Shown here in pieces: positions 26,301 to 39,045 of a stretch of 64,000 nt of DNA. Each line of letters opens with the position of its first letter. The first letter of the stretch is position 1. A model generated the notes under the pieces. The model saw only the letters and a program-made list of their open reading frames with translations. It had not been told where the DNA came from and did no database searches. The stretch lies in NCBI RefSeq assembly GCF_009914755.1, contig NC_060925.1, one strand, 5' to 3'. This DNA is from the human T2T-CHM13v2.0 reference genome, Homo sapiens. A program made the position numbers and the translations under genes.

Positions 26301-29300
26301 GGGGATGTTGGGGTAACAAGGACTAACAAAAAAGTCACCACGCTGTTTTTCAAAAAGGAGAGTGAAACATGTTTATTTCCCTTAGCAGTATTCAGGGAAA
26401 GGACATTCTGGTTCTTTAATTTAAAATATCTCTGAAAGTGAAAAATTCTCTGTCCTGACCCTCTGTTCCCCTGTAAACTTCTGATACATGGTGTAGACAT
26501 CTGCGTGATCTTGTGCATTATGACAGGCACATCACAGTGTCCCGGACGGATGATGAGGCCCAGTGTCTATTACATGTGAATATTGGTGTCTGGCTTGCCA
26601 GGGGATGCTGAGTGTGGCTAGTGTGAGTCAGCATCCTGGAGCCCTGAGTCCCCTGGGTGAACCCATGGGCTGGCTCCTCAGCAATCAGCTTACCAGTGGA
26701 ATAAACTCAGGTCAGATTATTCCACTGAAATGGCAGCTAGTTTGTATGCTAGCTTTGCAGCTTTCTGGGTGAACCAACTCTAGCTTCAAGTTGCTACAAG
26801 TTCACTGTTACATTTGGCATTGTGTTAAGGAATCAGGCACCACTGAGTACTTGTAAGAGGAATGTTGTAATAAGTGTCAGAAAAACTGGGCTCACATCCC
26901 AGTCCTTTCACTGATCAGCCATATATTGTTGGGCAGATCACTTTACCTCTATATTTTCTAGTTTTCTCAAATACACAACAGCTAGGGGTGGGAAGAAAAA
27001 AAGAGGACATCGTTCCCATTCAAGTCTAACAATCTTGGCACTAAGGTGCCTTGGGCATGGTCTTGGCAGTGCCTTGGGAGTCAAAGGAGATTACCCATTT
27101 CTCCATACTAATCACAGGCTCATGGAGTTGCTCTGGAATTTGGCATTTCCAGTGTGTTTTGCTCTAGGCCCTTCCCCTGTGGTCTTCATTTTATGCCAAG
27201 TTTCATCTCCTACCATTATGACCAAAAGTGTAAATAAAAACGTATAGTTGCTCACCAGTTCCTAAAGAGACCCCTTTGCAGAGGTGTCTGAGATTTTTAT
27301 TTCTCAGATCAGGGCCTAAGCTATGAAGGAAGTGAGTGGGAAGAGCCCCTATGTTAGAGACAAGGTGACAAAATAGCTGGCGAAGCTATTACCAGAGTAA
27401 TTGGACCCGCAGGCTGGGTAGATTTGTGTTTGGTTGCTTTTTAGTTGTGACCTGGCATAGAAGGCAGTTCAGCACCTTGCTCAGAGCTGATACTCAGTGA
27501 AGATGTGTTGAACTGAGACCAGGGCAGCAGAATTGGCAAGATCATGTGCTCCCAGGGCATAAACCTACTTCAGGGTTGTATGTTTGTGTCTCCCCCAATG
27601 GTGGTGAAGCTGCTGTACTGTCATTGAACTGTGTATGGAGTAGGCACTTAATGGCTTCTAAAGTGGGCCTGGGGCCTGATGGTGTTCTGACTGCCTTCTA
27701 TAGGAAGTGTAGGCTCCTAGGCTTTTTGACTGGACTGGCCTGAAAGTGGCAAGGTGGGAGGCAGGCTCCTATGGAACAAGATGGGACTGGTCCTGTCCTG
27801 GGAGGCTTGGTGCAAAGGACAATGGAAGCCAGCGTCTGGGAGGCCAGTGACTTATTGAATGATGTACACCAATAAGACCAGACAGAGGTACAGGAAGAAT
27901 CTTCTCCAAGAGTCCTCACTGGTGCAGAGTGCTTTAGCACAGATGACTCCAGATGCCATTGCCTTTGAGCTGTCCTTGAGCTCATCTCGGGAACTCCTTT
28001 AGGAGGACTCTGAGTCTTAGGTATGAAGCTCTGTTTTTGTTCATTCAATGCAGGGAGATGGAAAAAAAGAGGAAACATGGGAACGATGGAGATGGGAGGG
28101 AAAGGGGAAGTAAGAGGAGAGAGCAAAAGGGGCAAAGAGGGGAGCAGAGAGATGGGGAGAGAGAGAGAAAGGTGGAGGGAAAGCAAGGGGAAGAGAAGAG
28201 ATGAGAAGGGGATCTGATGACACCCTAGGGCAGCTATAGAGTCAGGGGAGGTCCAGGCTATGGAGGTTTCTGTACCCATGTCTCCCTTTGCTTTCTTAGT
28301 TTTGTTCAGCCTGAGCCTCATCCCAAGATCCAGGGTCCTGTGCCATGGATTATACCACCCATGTGTGTCTACACCCAGAGCCCGTATTGCCACTGAGGAG
28401 ACAGACATATGCCATTTTTCAAAGTAGGAGCTCCTTAGGGTAGGGGGCAATGATCTAACATGAACATAAAATCCCACATACAGAATCCACACAAGCCTCT
28501 CAAATTTGTCACCACTGGGGCAAATTCAACAAGCATTCACTGTGTAAGCTGCCATGTGTAGTGCTGGGAGGAAAGCCAGAGTTCCTCCCTCAAGGAACTT
28601 ATGATTTAGTGGTGGTGGGGTAGTGTGCCCTTGTGTAAGCAAGAGAAATACATAGGTGTAGTGCAAGTGTGAACATTCTTTGTGTCTAATGATGGACTCC
28701 ATGCTATAAGTACTCAGTGTTTACCAAGAAGAAAGATGCATATAGTTACCTCTAGGTTTGTTAACAGCTAGATCTAAGACAGGGAAGAGAGGATGTTTGC
28801 ATTTGGGATCCCTGCTCTGCACTGAATGCTGCCCAAACTACTTCTGTGCTCACCAGGAGAGGACCATTAAAGGCAAAGGGAAGAAATACATCTGGGCTTG
28901 CTGGTCTAAGCTGAGAATTTCAGGGCTGACATCTGAAGGCAGAGCCAAGAAAAACTTCTAAGCAGTGAAAAACGCCAGACCCTGGGCTTGAGCTTCAGGG
29001 AGACTGAGGGGCAATTTAAATCTCTTTTCTGGTGGAGTAGAGGATCCTTTTATGGTTGGGATGGCTCGTGTTATCCTTCAAGGAGGCAGAGGTATGATGG
29101 TATGTCAGGTTCCTCCTGGGCCTGATTCTTTCTTTGAAATTTGCTTCTTCTATCCCTGAGGCACTTTGGAGTTGAGACTGAATAATAACCAGCCACACAA
29201 ACCTGGGTTCTACCACAGAGTTCATCGTTAACAAACCGCGTGCCCTTGGGCTGGTAACTTCTTTCTCAGTTAAAGTACCCATCTGTTGACTTAGGAGCCA

Positions 29301-30927
29301 GAGGGTGTGTGAGTGTCTGTAGACACCTGGTGGCAGTTTGGAGGAATTACGTTCAGTATCATCAGGGAGCAAATCCCTGTGCATGCTGTTCAGGAGTGTC
29401 CCAAGTGCCCAAAAGAGCTTCCTGGGTTTGGAAGCTGAACTAGTCAATCTGATATCAGTTTGAGGAGCTCATCCTGGGAAAAGAGTCCTGTTTTTAAAGT
29501 CATGTTTGTCCAGAAATTCGTCCTTGTTACTGGCCCAAATGTTTACATTTGATTTAATTTTACCATTCCCACGGCCTCTGCAATCAATTTCCTTTCTTGG
29601 TTCTATAGATTTTATTCTAGAGGCAAAGTCCTGGGGGATTTAGGAGTAACACAGTGTCTTACACACAATAGAAGTTTTATGGTGCTTACCAAGTGTCTTT
29701 CAAGTTCTTACTATTATCCCCATCTTGTAGATGGAAAAATTAGGGCACAGAGAGGTTAAACAACCTACCCAAGGCCACACAGCTAGTCAGGGACATCAGC
29801 AGGATTTGCACCCAGACAATTTAACTCCATAATCTCTACTTTTAACTTTCTTAACAACTGTTGACGGATGAACAGACGGGTGTAATTTGAGAGGCCCTGA
29901 AAAAGGTCTTACTCCAAAATATACTTTCCACTGAGGTAGTATAGTTATATAATGTCTACCATAAAGCACTGCCCTTTTTCTGTTTCTTATAGTGCTTTTT
30001 AAAGTATAAATAGCCTATGAAGGGTTATATTAGCCCTTTAGTGTGAATTTATTCATTAGATGTTTTATATTGTCTTGTTTAATAAGTGCTAGAAAGGGCT
30101 AGAAGGAATTACTGTGTTCTGCAAAGGGATCTCAGTAAACGGAACTGTTTTATTTCTTTGCCCTTGTTCTGAACTGTACTGAAAAATAGAAAGAAAATGT
30201 GGTGCTCAAAATGTCATCTTTTTTATTGATAGTGATTAAGTAAGACATTAGTAGCGCTAGGTCTGCTAGCTGGGGCTTGCTCATACTAGAACTGAGAATT
30301 AGGCTAACTTACCCACCTAATCATGACAGGCCTGGGCATCCTTGCCTAAGAGTAAGTCCCTATTATGCCATAGGGATCTCTGCAGTTCCCAAGTAGAAGC
30401 AGAGTAGAGCTAAGCCAATTATTCTTACAAAATTTACCAACCAGTTAAGTCCTTCTACCATCTCAGGGGCAAGGAGAAGAAAGGAGTGAAAAGAGGCCAG
30501 GAGTGGGGAAAAGGCGCTCACCTCTAGTAGAGACCTTAGACATCACCTAATCAAGCCTTCTCATCATACAGATACAATGGAATTCCAGAGAAGGGAAGGG
30601 ACTTTGATAAACTAAGGTTGCGAGCTGTGAAGGGGTTGAGTCACGACACTGGATATGCTGATTTGGCTGCCAAGCTCCTTCAACATTCCACCACAATGCC
30701 CTTTTCCAGGAAGAGTGAGCAGTGGGAGTGCTTTAGAACCTGGCATCCAAGGGACCTGGTGGGAAGGGGGAGTGAAGAAGTAAAGCTACAGCAATATGCC
30801 CAGTGAATAGGTCCTAGGGTGAGCCCTCAGCACTTTGGATACTGGAGTCAAGCCCTCTTTCTTCTGCTGTCCTCCTTGAAGCTCCACTCAGTGTCAGAGA
30901 GGGAAGACTATTTAAGATCACCCACCA

Positions 30928-31695
30928 TATTAGTAGGATTTCTCAGAAACAGAACCAACAGCATGTGTATTTATAGAAAGAGATTTATTACAAGGAATTG
31001 GCTGATGTGAATATGGAAGCTGGAGAGTCTAAAATCTGCAGTGTAGGACAGCAGGCTAGAAACTTGGGAGAGCTGATTATACACAATCCTAAGGCAGTCT
31101 GCTGGAGAATTTTCTCTTGCTCAGGGATGCTAGTCTTTTTGTTCTATTCAGGCCTTGAACTGATTGGATGAGGCCCACCCCATTAGGGAGGGCAATCTGC
31201 TTTACCCAAAGTTTACTGATTTAAATGTTAATCCCATCTAAAAATATCCTCTGAAATGTGAAAGGGAAGTTCACTATGCCAAAAGAAAAAAATTAAGCAG
31301 AAGGTAAGTCATGCAAGCAACGGCCTTTCCTTTTGTTCCTAGGCCCATAGCTACTGATAAAAGATTAAATATCTCCACTCTATGTTCACCCTACCTTGTG
31401 TAAAGCACCGATTTACTGAGCATGAGACGGAAACATAATTGACTATTCCCTTACCTTCTTCTCCTTTTATCTTGCAATATGTGGATTTAGTAATGTGACC
31501 CTACCCTCCCTATTTCTTCTCCACCCTTCTTTCACCCTTTAAATATTGAAGTCCTAAAAAATTATCATTGGGGAAAGCACAGACCTGTTTCTGGAGTGGT
31601 CCTTAACCTTGGCAAAATAAACTTCTAAGTTGATTTGAGACCCGTCTCAGATAATTTTTGGTTTACAAAATTCACACATAAAATTAACTACCACA
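30928..31695 (-). mobile_element. MLT2 (ERVL) LTR split by a MER4 LTR
   Basis: agaaacagaaccaa...gagatttatt...gattggatgaggcccaccc; the terminal cacataaaattaactaccaca resumes after the insert. Confidence 0.75.
31257..31667 (+). mobile_element. MER4-family (ERV1) solo LTR
   Basis: TGTGAAAGG start, aataaacttct...tttttggtttaca end. Confidence 0.75.
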
Positions 31696-31802
31696 CCCGT
31701 TTTTTCCCTTGATTGACTCTGTGAGACTGAGTTTTCTCCTTTAGTCATCTGAGTACCACCTTCAAGATTTTTGCAATATCTGTGTATATATAATAATAAT
31801 AT

Positions 31803-32141
<339 letters not shown>

Positions 32142-32299
32142 TAGCCTTACACTAATATTTGAGATAACCGGTTTGTTGGGCTGGTTTTAGTATGTTCTAA
32201 CACAAATAAGAATAAATACTCAAACATTCTTAAAAAGTGCATGTAGCACTTAAGACTATCTTGGTACTCCATTTGGGAAACCATGTAGCCAAGGCTGTT

Positions 32300-33140
32300 G
32301 GGGCGAACCAAGGTGGTGGGAGTCCGACGGGCCAGCAGGGGGCGCACTTGCAGGTCACCTGAAGTCCTTATTTACGGGATAAGGTGGAGGCTGAGGAAAG
32401 TCTTTCAGAGGCCGGACGCTGGCACTGGACGGAGTAGGGAACCCCAGCCGTTATCCCACCAAAGGGTCCCAGCGCCTAGAGGGGCTGCGGAAAGCTCCTA
32501 CAATACGAGGAGCCCTTGGAGCCCAGAGCGGGATCCTGCGAGCCGAGGCCCCGTTCTCTGTTAGGATCACGGGGACTGCCCCAGGCAGCTGCTGGGCCCG
32601 GTCGCGGACCTCGGCCAGAACATCCTCCCAGAACACAGAGGAATCTGACATCAGTGGCCTCCCTTGGTAGAGGTGGGGAGCCGAGGGGCGGCAGTGTGGA
32701 AGGGCCATCGGCCTAGGTCTTTCGTATCCCCTCCGGCCGCTCGGGGCTGTGCGTTCGGAAACAGCGAAAGGAACGGCCTCAGGAGTCTGGCCTCAGCCGA
32801 AGCACTGGTGAACACAGGCTCCCGTTGCGCCAAGGGAAGTAGGAAAAGCTGCTTCCGGGCGGAGGGGCTGCACTTCCGGGGCCCGCGTCCCCCGGCGGCT
32901 TCGCCGAGAAGGGGCTTTGGGAGCTTAAGGGCGCCGGCACGCGTTCCCCTGGCGCAGAGCTCGCTAGCCGGGGCGCGGGCTGCCTCCTTGTTCTGGTGTG
33001 ATCCGAATGTAACGGAGCGGACTTTGGGATCCAGAACCCCGGACTGAGGTTGTGCTTGGCTTGAGGGGCGGGCTGGTAGGTCAGCCCCCTTGGGGCGTCG
33101 TTGGTCCTCTCCAGGCGTGTCACATTCTGCCCGCACATGG
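32300..33140 (+). promoter_or_regulatory. CpG island/TATA-less promoter, probably of the plus-strand lncRNA FLG-AS1/CCDST
   Basis: The only non-repeat CpG-dense segment in the window; two ETS/GABP CTTCCGG motifs around a GC box (32852-32879). The lncRNA identity is recalled from locus annotation, not derivable from sequence. Confidence 0.8.
32330..32348 (+). promoter_or_regulatory. CTCF motif
   Basis: CCAGCAGGGGGCGC at 32332-32345 is a perfect match to CCASYAGRKGGCRS. Confidence 0.8.
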
Positions 33141-33572
33141 TGCCTTGGTACTCCCCAAAAGTCATGCCTTGATTTTTCTTACTAATAATAGTTTACACTG
33201 TTTTACCGCTTCACTGCTTCACGTAAGTAAAGTAATTATTTCAAAAGGAAATGTTGGTCATTTATAAAATGGTGGTAAAGATGGTACAGCGGATTAATGT
33301 GAGGATTAAATGAGATGATACATGAAAGTGCTTAAAACAGTACAGGGTACTTACCGTTATTATTGTTAAGTAGAAAGTGAGTTCTGGGAAACAGTGGGTG
33401 TATGGTCCTTCACAGCAGGTTTTGGAAACGTCTGATTTCCAGCCTACCCTCCTTCCTCCTGTTGCCGTCTGTTGCCTGATTGTTCTCACTGGCTGAAAGG
33501 AGATAATCCCTGCCACTCCATTCATCACTGAAAATTCTTGTCAGTTTGGTTGCTTAGGTACCTACTAAGAGT

Positions 33573-33591
33573 TGCCAGCAGGTGGCCCCAG
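33573..33591 (+). promoter_or_regulatory. CTCF motif
   Basis: CCAGCAGGTGGCCC at 33575-33588, one mismatch to the core consensus. Confidence 0.65.
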
Positions 33592-33799
33592 AGCACGCGG
33601 TTATGTTTGTCTTTTTGGGTCCCATGTTTAATTAGTAATTTAGTAGGGACGTATTGAACACTTATTCCACACTATGGTACACTGTACCAGGGGATATAGG
33701 GATGCCTGAGGGTGTGGGAGGCCGACCCTGGTCTCAGGGAGAATATAAATGATTTATTATTCTGGTCTTTCACAAGATTTTGGCCTTTTTAAAGATCGA

Positions 33800-34150
33800 T
33801 TCATGTATTCATTCAACAAATATTTATTGGATGTTTACTCTGTTCCAGTTTCCACTCAGAGATGTGAAGTATATCAATGAATAGAATAGACAAAGATCTT
33901 TGCCTTCATAGAGATCACATTCTAGCACACAACAATAAAGATAATAAATTATGTAAAATGTTAGAAGTGTTATGAAAAAGAAAAAATGTAGACCAGTGTT
34001 TGTGTGTGTGGGTAGGGTTGGTGGGATGGGCAGGTTGCAGTATGAAATAGAGTGGTTAGTATTAAATAGGCTTCATTAGGAAGGCAAGATTGAGCAAAGA
34101 TTCAAAAGATGTGAGGAAATTAGTCAGATCTGGCGGGAAGTGTGTTCTAG
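33800..34150 (-). mobile_element. L2 fragment
   Basis: cattcattcaacaaatatttattg...tgccttcatagagatcacattctag. Confidence 0.65.
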
Positions 34151-36149
34151 ATATGAAAAAATTGGAGTTATTACATTTACTCCTTTAAAGATGAGGTAAT
34201 TGAGGTTCAGATAAGTAAAGTAACTTGTTTAGGGTCTCATAAGAGGTTTCTAACAAAACTGGTCTGGTTTCATGTCCTCATTTCCAGTCGTGTTCATTCA
34301 CCAGATCACATTACCACTTGGTGTTTTTAGGGTGATGGAGACTTCACAATACATAACTTGCTTAAATCATGACTAAGGTTATCTTGGCATACTTCCCATC
34401 ATTGGGTAATACCAAATTCTCTGTGATCTTTCTTTTTTTACATAATCAGTAAATATTTATTTTGCTAACTGGTGTGGAGGATAGAAATGAGGCATAAAGC
34501 CTGTCTCCTGCCCGTAAGGGACAAATAATCTATACATAACCATTTTGGCCTTCATCTCTTTTTCATCTACTTTCCCCATTTCCCCCAAGACAAGCCCACT
34601 GATAATCTGTACCTACAGCTTAGAATTAGGTCAGGTCCTCAAACTTGGTCACCCATTCTTGGTTTGTAGGTTCCAGAATTTCACTGGATTCCTTTTGCTG
34701 ACAGTTGTTGTGCCTCTGGTTATCCCCCAAGTCTCTACTCCCTTTATCCTGTGTTGAACTTGTCTATGAGACTGAGCTTATGCTATGCTTTTCACTCCTC
34801 AATTAGATATCCCATCTGGATCCTTAGTTCCCCTCTAGAACTGCCTCCTTGTCTCTTGTAGTCTCAGTTGTTGATCTTTCCACTTGAGTGGAGACTTTGC
34901 ATTGCTCCTATTTGGGAGTTGTGCCCCTTGTTCGCTGTGCTTGCTCCCCTTGAGCTGCCTCTCTGAGCCTGAGTCAGTTCTCTTCACCTCTGGCCCAGGG
35001 AACTCTGGACATGTGCCACACCCCTTTCCCTTCATGCCTACACTTGCTGGGAGGATATTGTGGTGCCTTGTGTTAAAAGTCCTGGGTTATGGCATATGTG
35101 AAACAGCCGCGAAGGACAGAAGACTATTTTTACGTAATTAATTGCCTGGGAACTAGTTGTTTAAAGGAGAAGGGTGTTCGGTAAGCCTGAGTGGGTAAGA
35201 ATGAGGAAGGTGGAACTTGAGCCTGGTCTTGAGGGATGGGTAGAATTAACAGGTGTAGGGGAGAGAACAGGGTTGGGGGTGAACTTGTTATGTTGTGAGC
35301 CAGTAAGGAGATTAGCCTAAGTGGAATGGAGAAGATGTGTTTGGGAGTGGTGGTGGGAAGAGGATAGATAGGCAGGGCTGGATTGGAGCAGAGCCTGGAG
35401 CATCAGCTTGAGAAGTTTGCATTACAACATCATAAATTATTTTTAAATATTTTATGGTTCTTGGGAAGCTGGCATGAAGGCACAATGACAATGTGTCATT
35501 AAGATCTGTATATCTACCTGCCTATCTTTGATCATCTCAAATTTGCTTTGTCCCTGAATGCCCCATATGAAAGAGGTTCCCTTGGTTATTTTTTCACAGC
35601 ATTGTGTTCCTTACTTATTTACTTTTTCAGTTTTTTCTAGTGTGCCCTAGAATGAATGTTGCCAGGAGGCAAGGACTTGTTCTGCCTCCTTGTTGAATGC
35701 CCAGAATGTACAACAGTTTCAGATACACATTCAATGCTTTAAAAATATTTGTTGAATGAATGAATGCCCTGAGCTAAGTTTATTTCTTTAAACCTGATCT
35801 ATTCTACCTTCTGAATTCTTGAATTCTGTTAGTGCTAACACCATCCATTTGGTCTGCTAAGTTGGATACTTGGAGTCAATTTTGATGAAGACATGAGTAC
35901 AGGTCTTGACCATTCTTAAACTTTACATGAGGATTGTATTCCCACTGAAGCCTTGTTTTTTACTCCATTATGCCAAGTTAACACAATGTAACGTGTTGCA
36001 TTTTCAATATGAAAACAGAAAACATCAAACATGAACAGTGAGGCTAAAGGAATGAGAAGTTATTGGGAGCCAGGGCCATGGGCAAATTGTAAACTGTGTG
36101 TATCTAAATGTAACCATCATATTATCTGTTCTGTCCTCTTCCAAGGGGA

Positions 36150-36400
36150 AGAATCATGTAATGGTTAAGAACATGGTCCCTGGAGTTAGGCTGCCTGGGC
36201 TCAAATTCTGGCTCAGCCACTTACTAGCAGTGTACCCTTGGGAAAGCTGCTTAACTTCTCTGTTTCTCAGTTTTCTCATCTATAATATATGGGTAAGAAT
36301 AATACTTACAGAGTTATTGTGAGGATTAATATGTGGGAAGTTCTTAGAGCAGTGCTAGCATATAGTAAATGCTCATCAAATGTTATTATTAGCTATATTA
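36150..36400 (+). mobile_element. MIR
   Basis: gcttaacttctctgtttctcagttttctcatctataa...gttattgtgaggatta. Confidence 0.75.
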
Positions 36401-38154
36401 GCTATTATTAGCTGTTAATATTTAGTGGGCCATTGAAACAACATAGGCTCTATTGCCATTTGGGCTGCTGATCTGAAACAGGTGGCCAGACTTCATTGAG
36501 GGATGACCTTTGCAAGGTGTGATTGAGGGTATGGGATTGAAGGAAATTTGGGATTTTTTGAGTGAGGACTGAGTTCCTGCAGGAGATATAGTCACCCCAA
36601 AGGGAGTTACCAGGTCCAGATGGAATTATTTCCAGTGGAATGTGCACACAAATTCTTTGACACAAGTAAGGAAGTATTACTACTTAGTTATCTATATGTG
36701 AATCTGCACAGAAAACTGAAAGAACTCTGTTGCTACCTTGCTTTTGCTTTTTTGAGGGAGAAGACAATCAAGTGTGAAGCCAGGCAAACCTTTGAACATT
36801 GTTATTAAGGCAGAAAAAGCCTTCTTCCTCTACTTTCCCATCCTCTCCTTCCTCACTGTCTGTTTCTCCCTCTCTGTAAACACAATGGGACATTTCATTT
36901 CAAGAGTGTGTCTTGTTGAGGTGGGGCAGAAGGGTTTGGTGGTTTTATCAGACTGTTTAACCATAAAATGTTTTTCATCCCTGTGTTCCTGTGCCCCACC
37001 ATTTCAGGCACTTGGTATTTTTACTGCCTCACCCCCATCAACAGAGAAAAGGTGGATTTGATGTCATTTATTATATACTTTAAAGTAATTTTATTTTGCT
37101 GAATTTGTAAATACATGCAAATGAAATATTTTAGAGCTACAAAAACAACCATGGCCAGATATGTATGAACGAGGTCTTTCCCAGTCCCCCTCTGGGTTTT
37201 GCACAGATTTATTCTGAGGGTCCCTTAGTCCAAACTGGGGGATCCGCAGACAAAGAGATCAATATTTTTCTCTTCTAAATTCAAAAGGCAAGGTGCAGGT
37301 ATGAGACATTAAATTTTGAAAGAAGACGCTACTGGGAACATTTTTTTCCTTCTACTCCACCCCTATCCAGAATAGAAAAAAGACCATCTAAACAAGAGTG
37401 GAGAGGAGTTTGGAGAAAAAGTAGAGTAGGTTGTAGTGTATGGGCTGGGCCTGTGCTCTTCCCTTGCCCCAGACTGAGTGTGAGGAGTGGTGAATAAGAA
37501 CACCACAAACCTGTCTGTACGTATGGGAATCCCAGAGCTGAGAGGACACGTGTCTCCTTTTCTTAGTGTCACCAAGATGACTGCAAACCCTGTAGAGAGG
37601 CCCTTCAGTGCTGTGGAGTGGAAAACTTGGTTTCACATGTTTGGCCTTGCTTGTTGGAGAAATTCAGACCCCTGAGTTTCTCTTAGCCCTAAAATGGCAT
37701 GAGAGGACATCTGAAATTATCAATTATTCTTGTTCCCTTCTTAGATTCTTGCTTGTCTTCCTTTTCATCATTCTGATCTATCTTTAAGAGAGGTCACTTT
37801 TCAAATTCTATCTTTAAGAGGTTTTAGGTCTCAATATATTGGGTTTTCCCTTCAATATGGGTCCATTTTGGACTCTAAACCTCAAGTTTCCTTTTATGTG
37901 GTTCCCTCTTTACATTTATTCCTTGATACTTTCCCAGACCTGTTTCCAGAACCAAAACCATCTCTTCATTTAAAATATTCTGAAATTTCTTTATCTACTC
38001 CCTTAAGTCATTTCACTCTTTCTGAGCCAATTTGATTTTCCAAGATTTTACTGATTGGCCCTTAGCTTTGTGATAATGTCCTTCAGCATTCCTTCCTCTT
38101 TGGTGCAGTTGGCAGTTTCATGTCCAATATATTAGGGCCCCAGTTATCACTGTC

Positions 38155-38316
38155 ATTCTTTTCTTTTCTCTTCTCTTCTCTTTTCCCTTTCTTTTCCTTT
38201 CCTTGCCCTGCCCTCCCCCATCCCCCCTCCTCACCCCTCCCCATCCCCCTCTCCCCTCCCCACCCCCCCTTTCTTCTTTTCTTTTCTTTTCTTTCTTTTT
38301 TTTTTTTCCTCTTTTG
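38155..38316. repeat. C/T-rich low-complexity tract
   Basis: Direct read; C-runs give G-runs on the minus strand. Confidence 0.85.
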
Positions 38317-38319
38317 AAT

Positions 38320-39038
38320 ATTTAATTTGGAATGAAATTGGCAATCATACAATATAACAATTGTATATGTTCAGGTTTAAAAGATAGAGTCAAACACTTT
38401 TCCAAATTGATGGTAACAGTTTATGTTCCCAAGAGCAGTGTATGAATGTTCCAGTTGATCTACATTCATGATGTTTGTCTTTTTTATTTTAGCCATTTCA
38501 ATGGATGTGTATTGGTATACTATCGTGGTGTTAATTTCCTGTTCTCAATTGACAAGTGAAATGGACCACATTTCACATGCTTCTTAGCCATTTGGATATC
38601 TTTTTTGTGAAGTGCCTGTTCAAGGTGTTTGCCCATTTTTCTTTTTTCTTTTTTTGGAAAGGAAAAAATAAATCTCTCTTTGCTAGAAGATTTATAATCA
38701 CCTATATACAAAATAAAAAAACTATTTAAAACGCTACTAGAAATAATAAGTGAGTTTAGGATAATTTGAGGATAGAAACTCAATATACCAAAATCAATTA
38801 TACTTCTACATACTAACAGTGAACAATCAGAAAGTTTAAAAGTTTAAATGCTATTTACAATAGCTTCCAAAATCATCAAATACATAGAAATAAATCTAAC
38901 TGAATCTGTGCAAGATTTGTATAATGAAAATTACAAAACCCTGAAGAGAGAAATTAAAGAATACTTAATAGAGAGATATACTATATTATTGGATTAATAT
39001 TGGGAAGATGTCAATTCTGCCCAAATTGATCTTTAGAT
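38320..39038. mobile_element. Two old L1M fragments in opposite orientation (minus ~38320-38645, plus ~38665-39038)
   Basis: tttttgtgaagtgcctgttcaag (antisense) and ctactagaaataataagtgagtttag...gtcaattctgcccaaattgat (sense ORF2). Confidence 0.7.
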
Positions 39039-39045
39039 TTCTTTC

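Noticed and set aside
32298-33267. Overlapping ORFs in the CpG island
   Set aside because: GC-rich stop depletion; no recognisable domain
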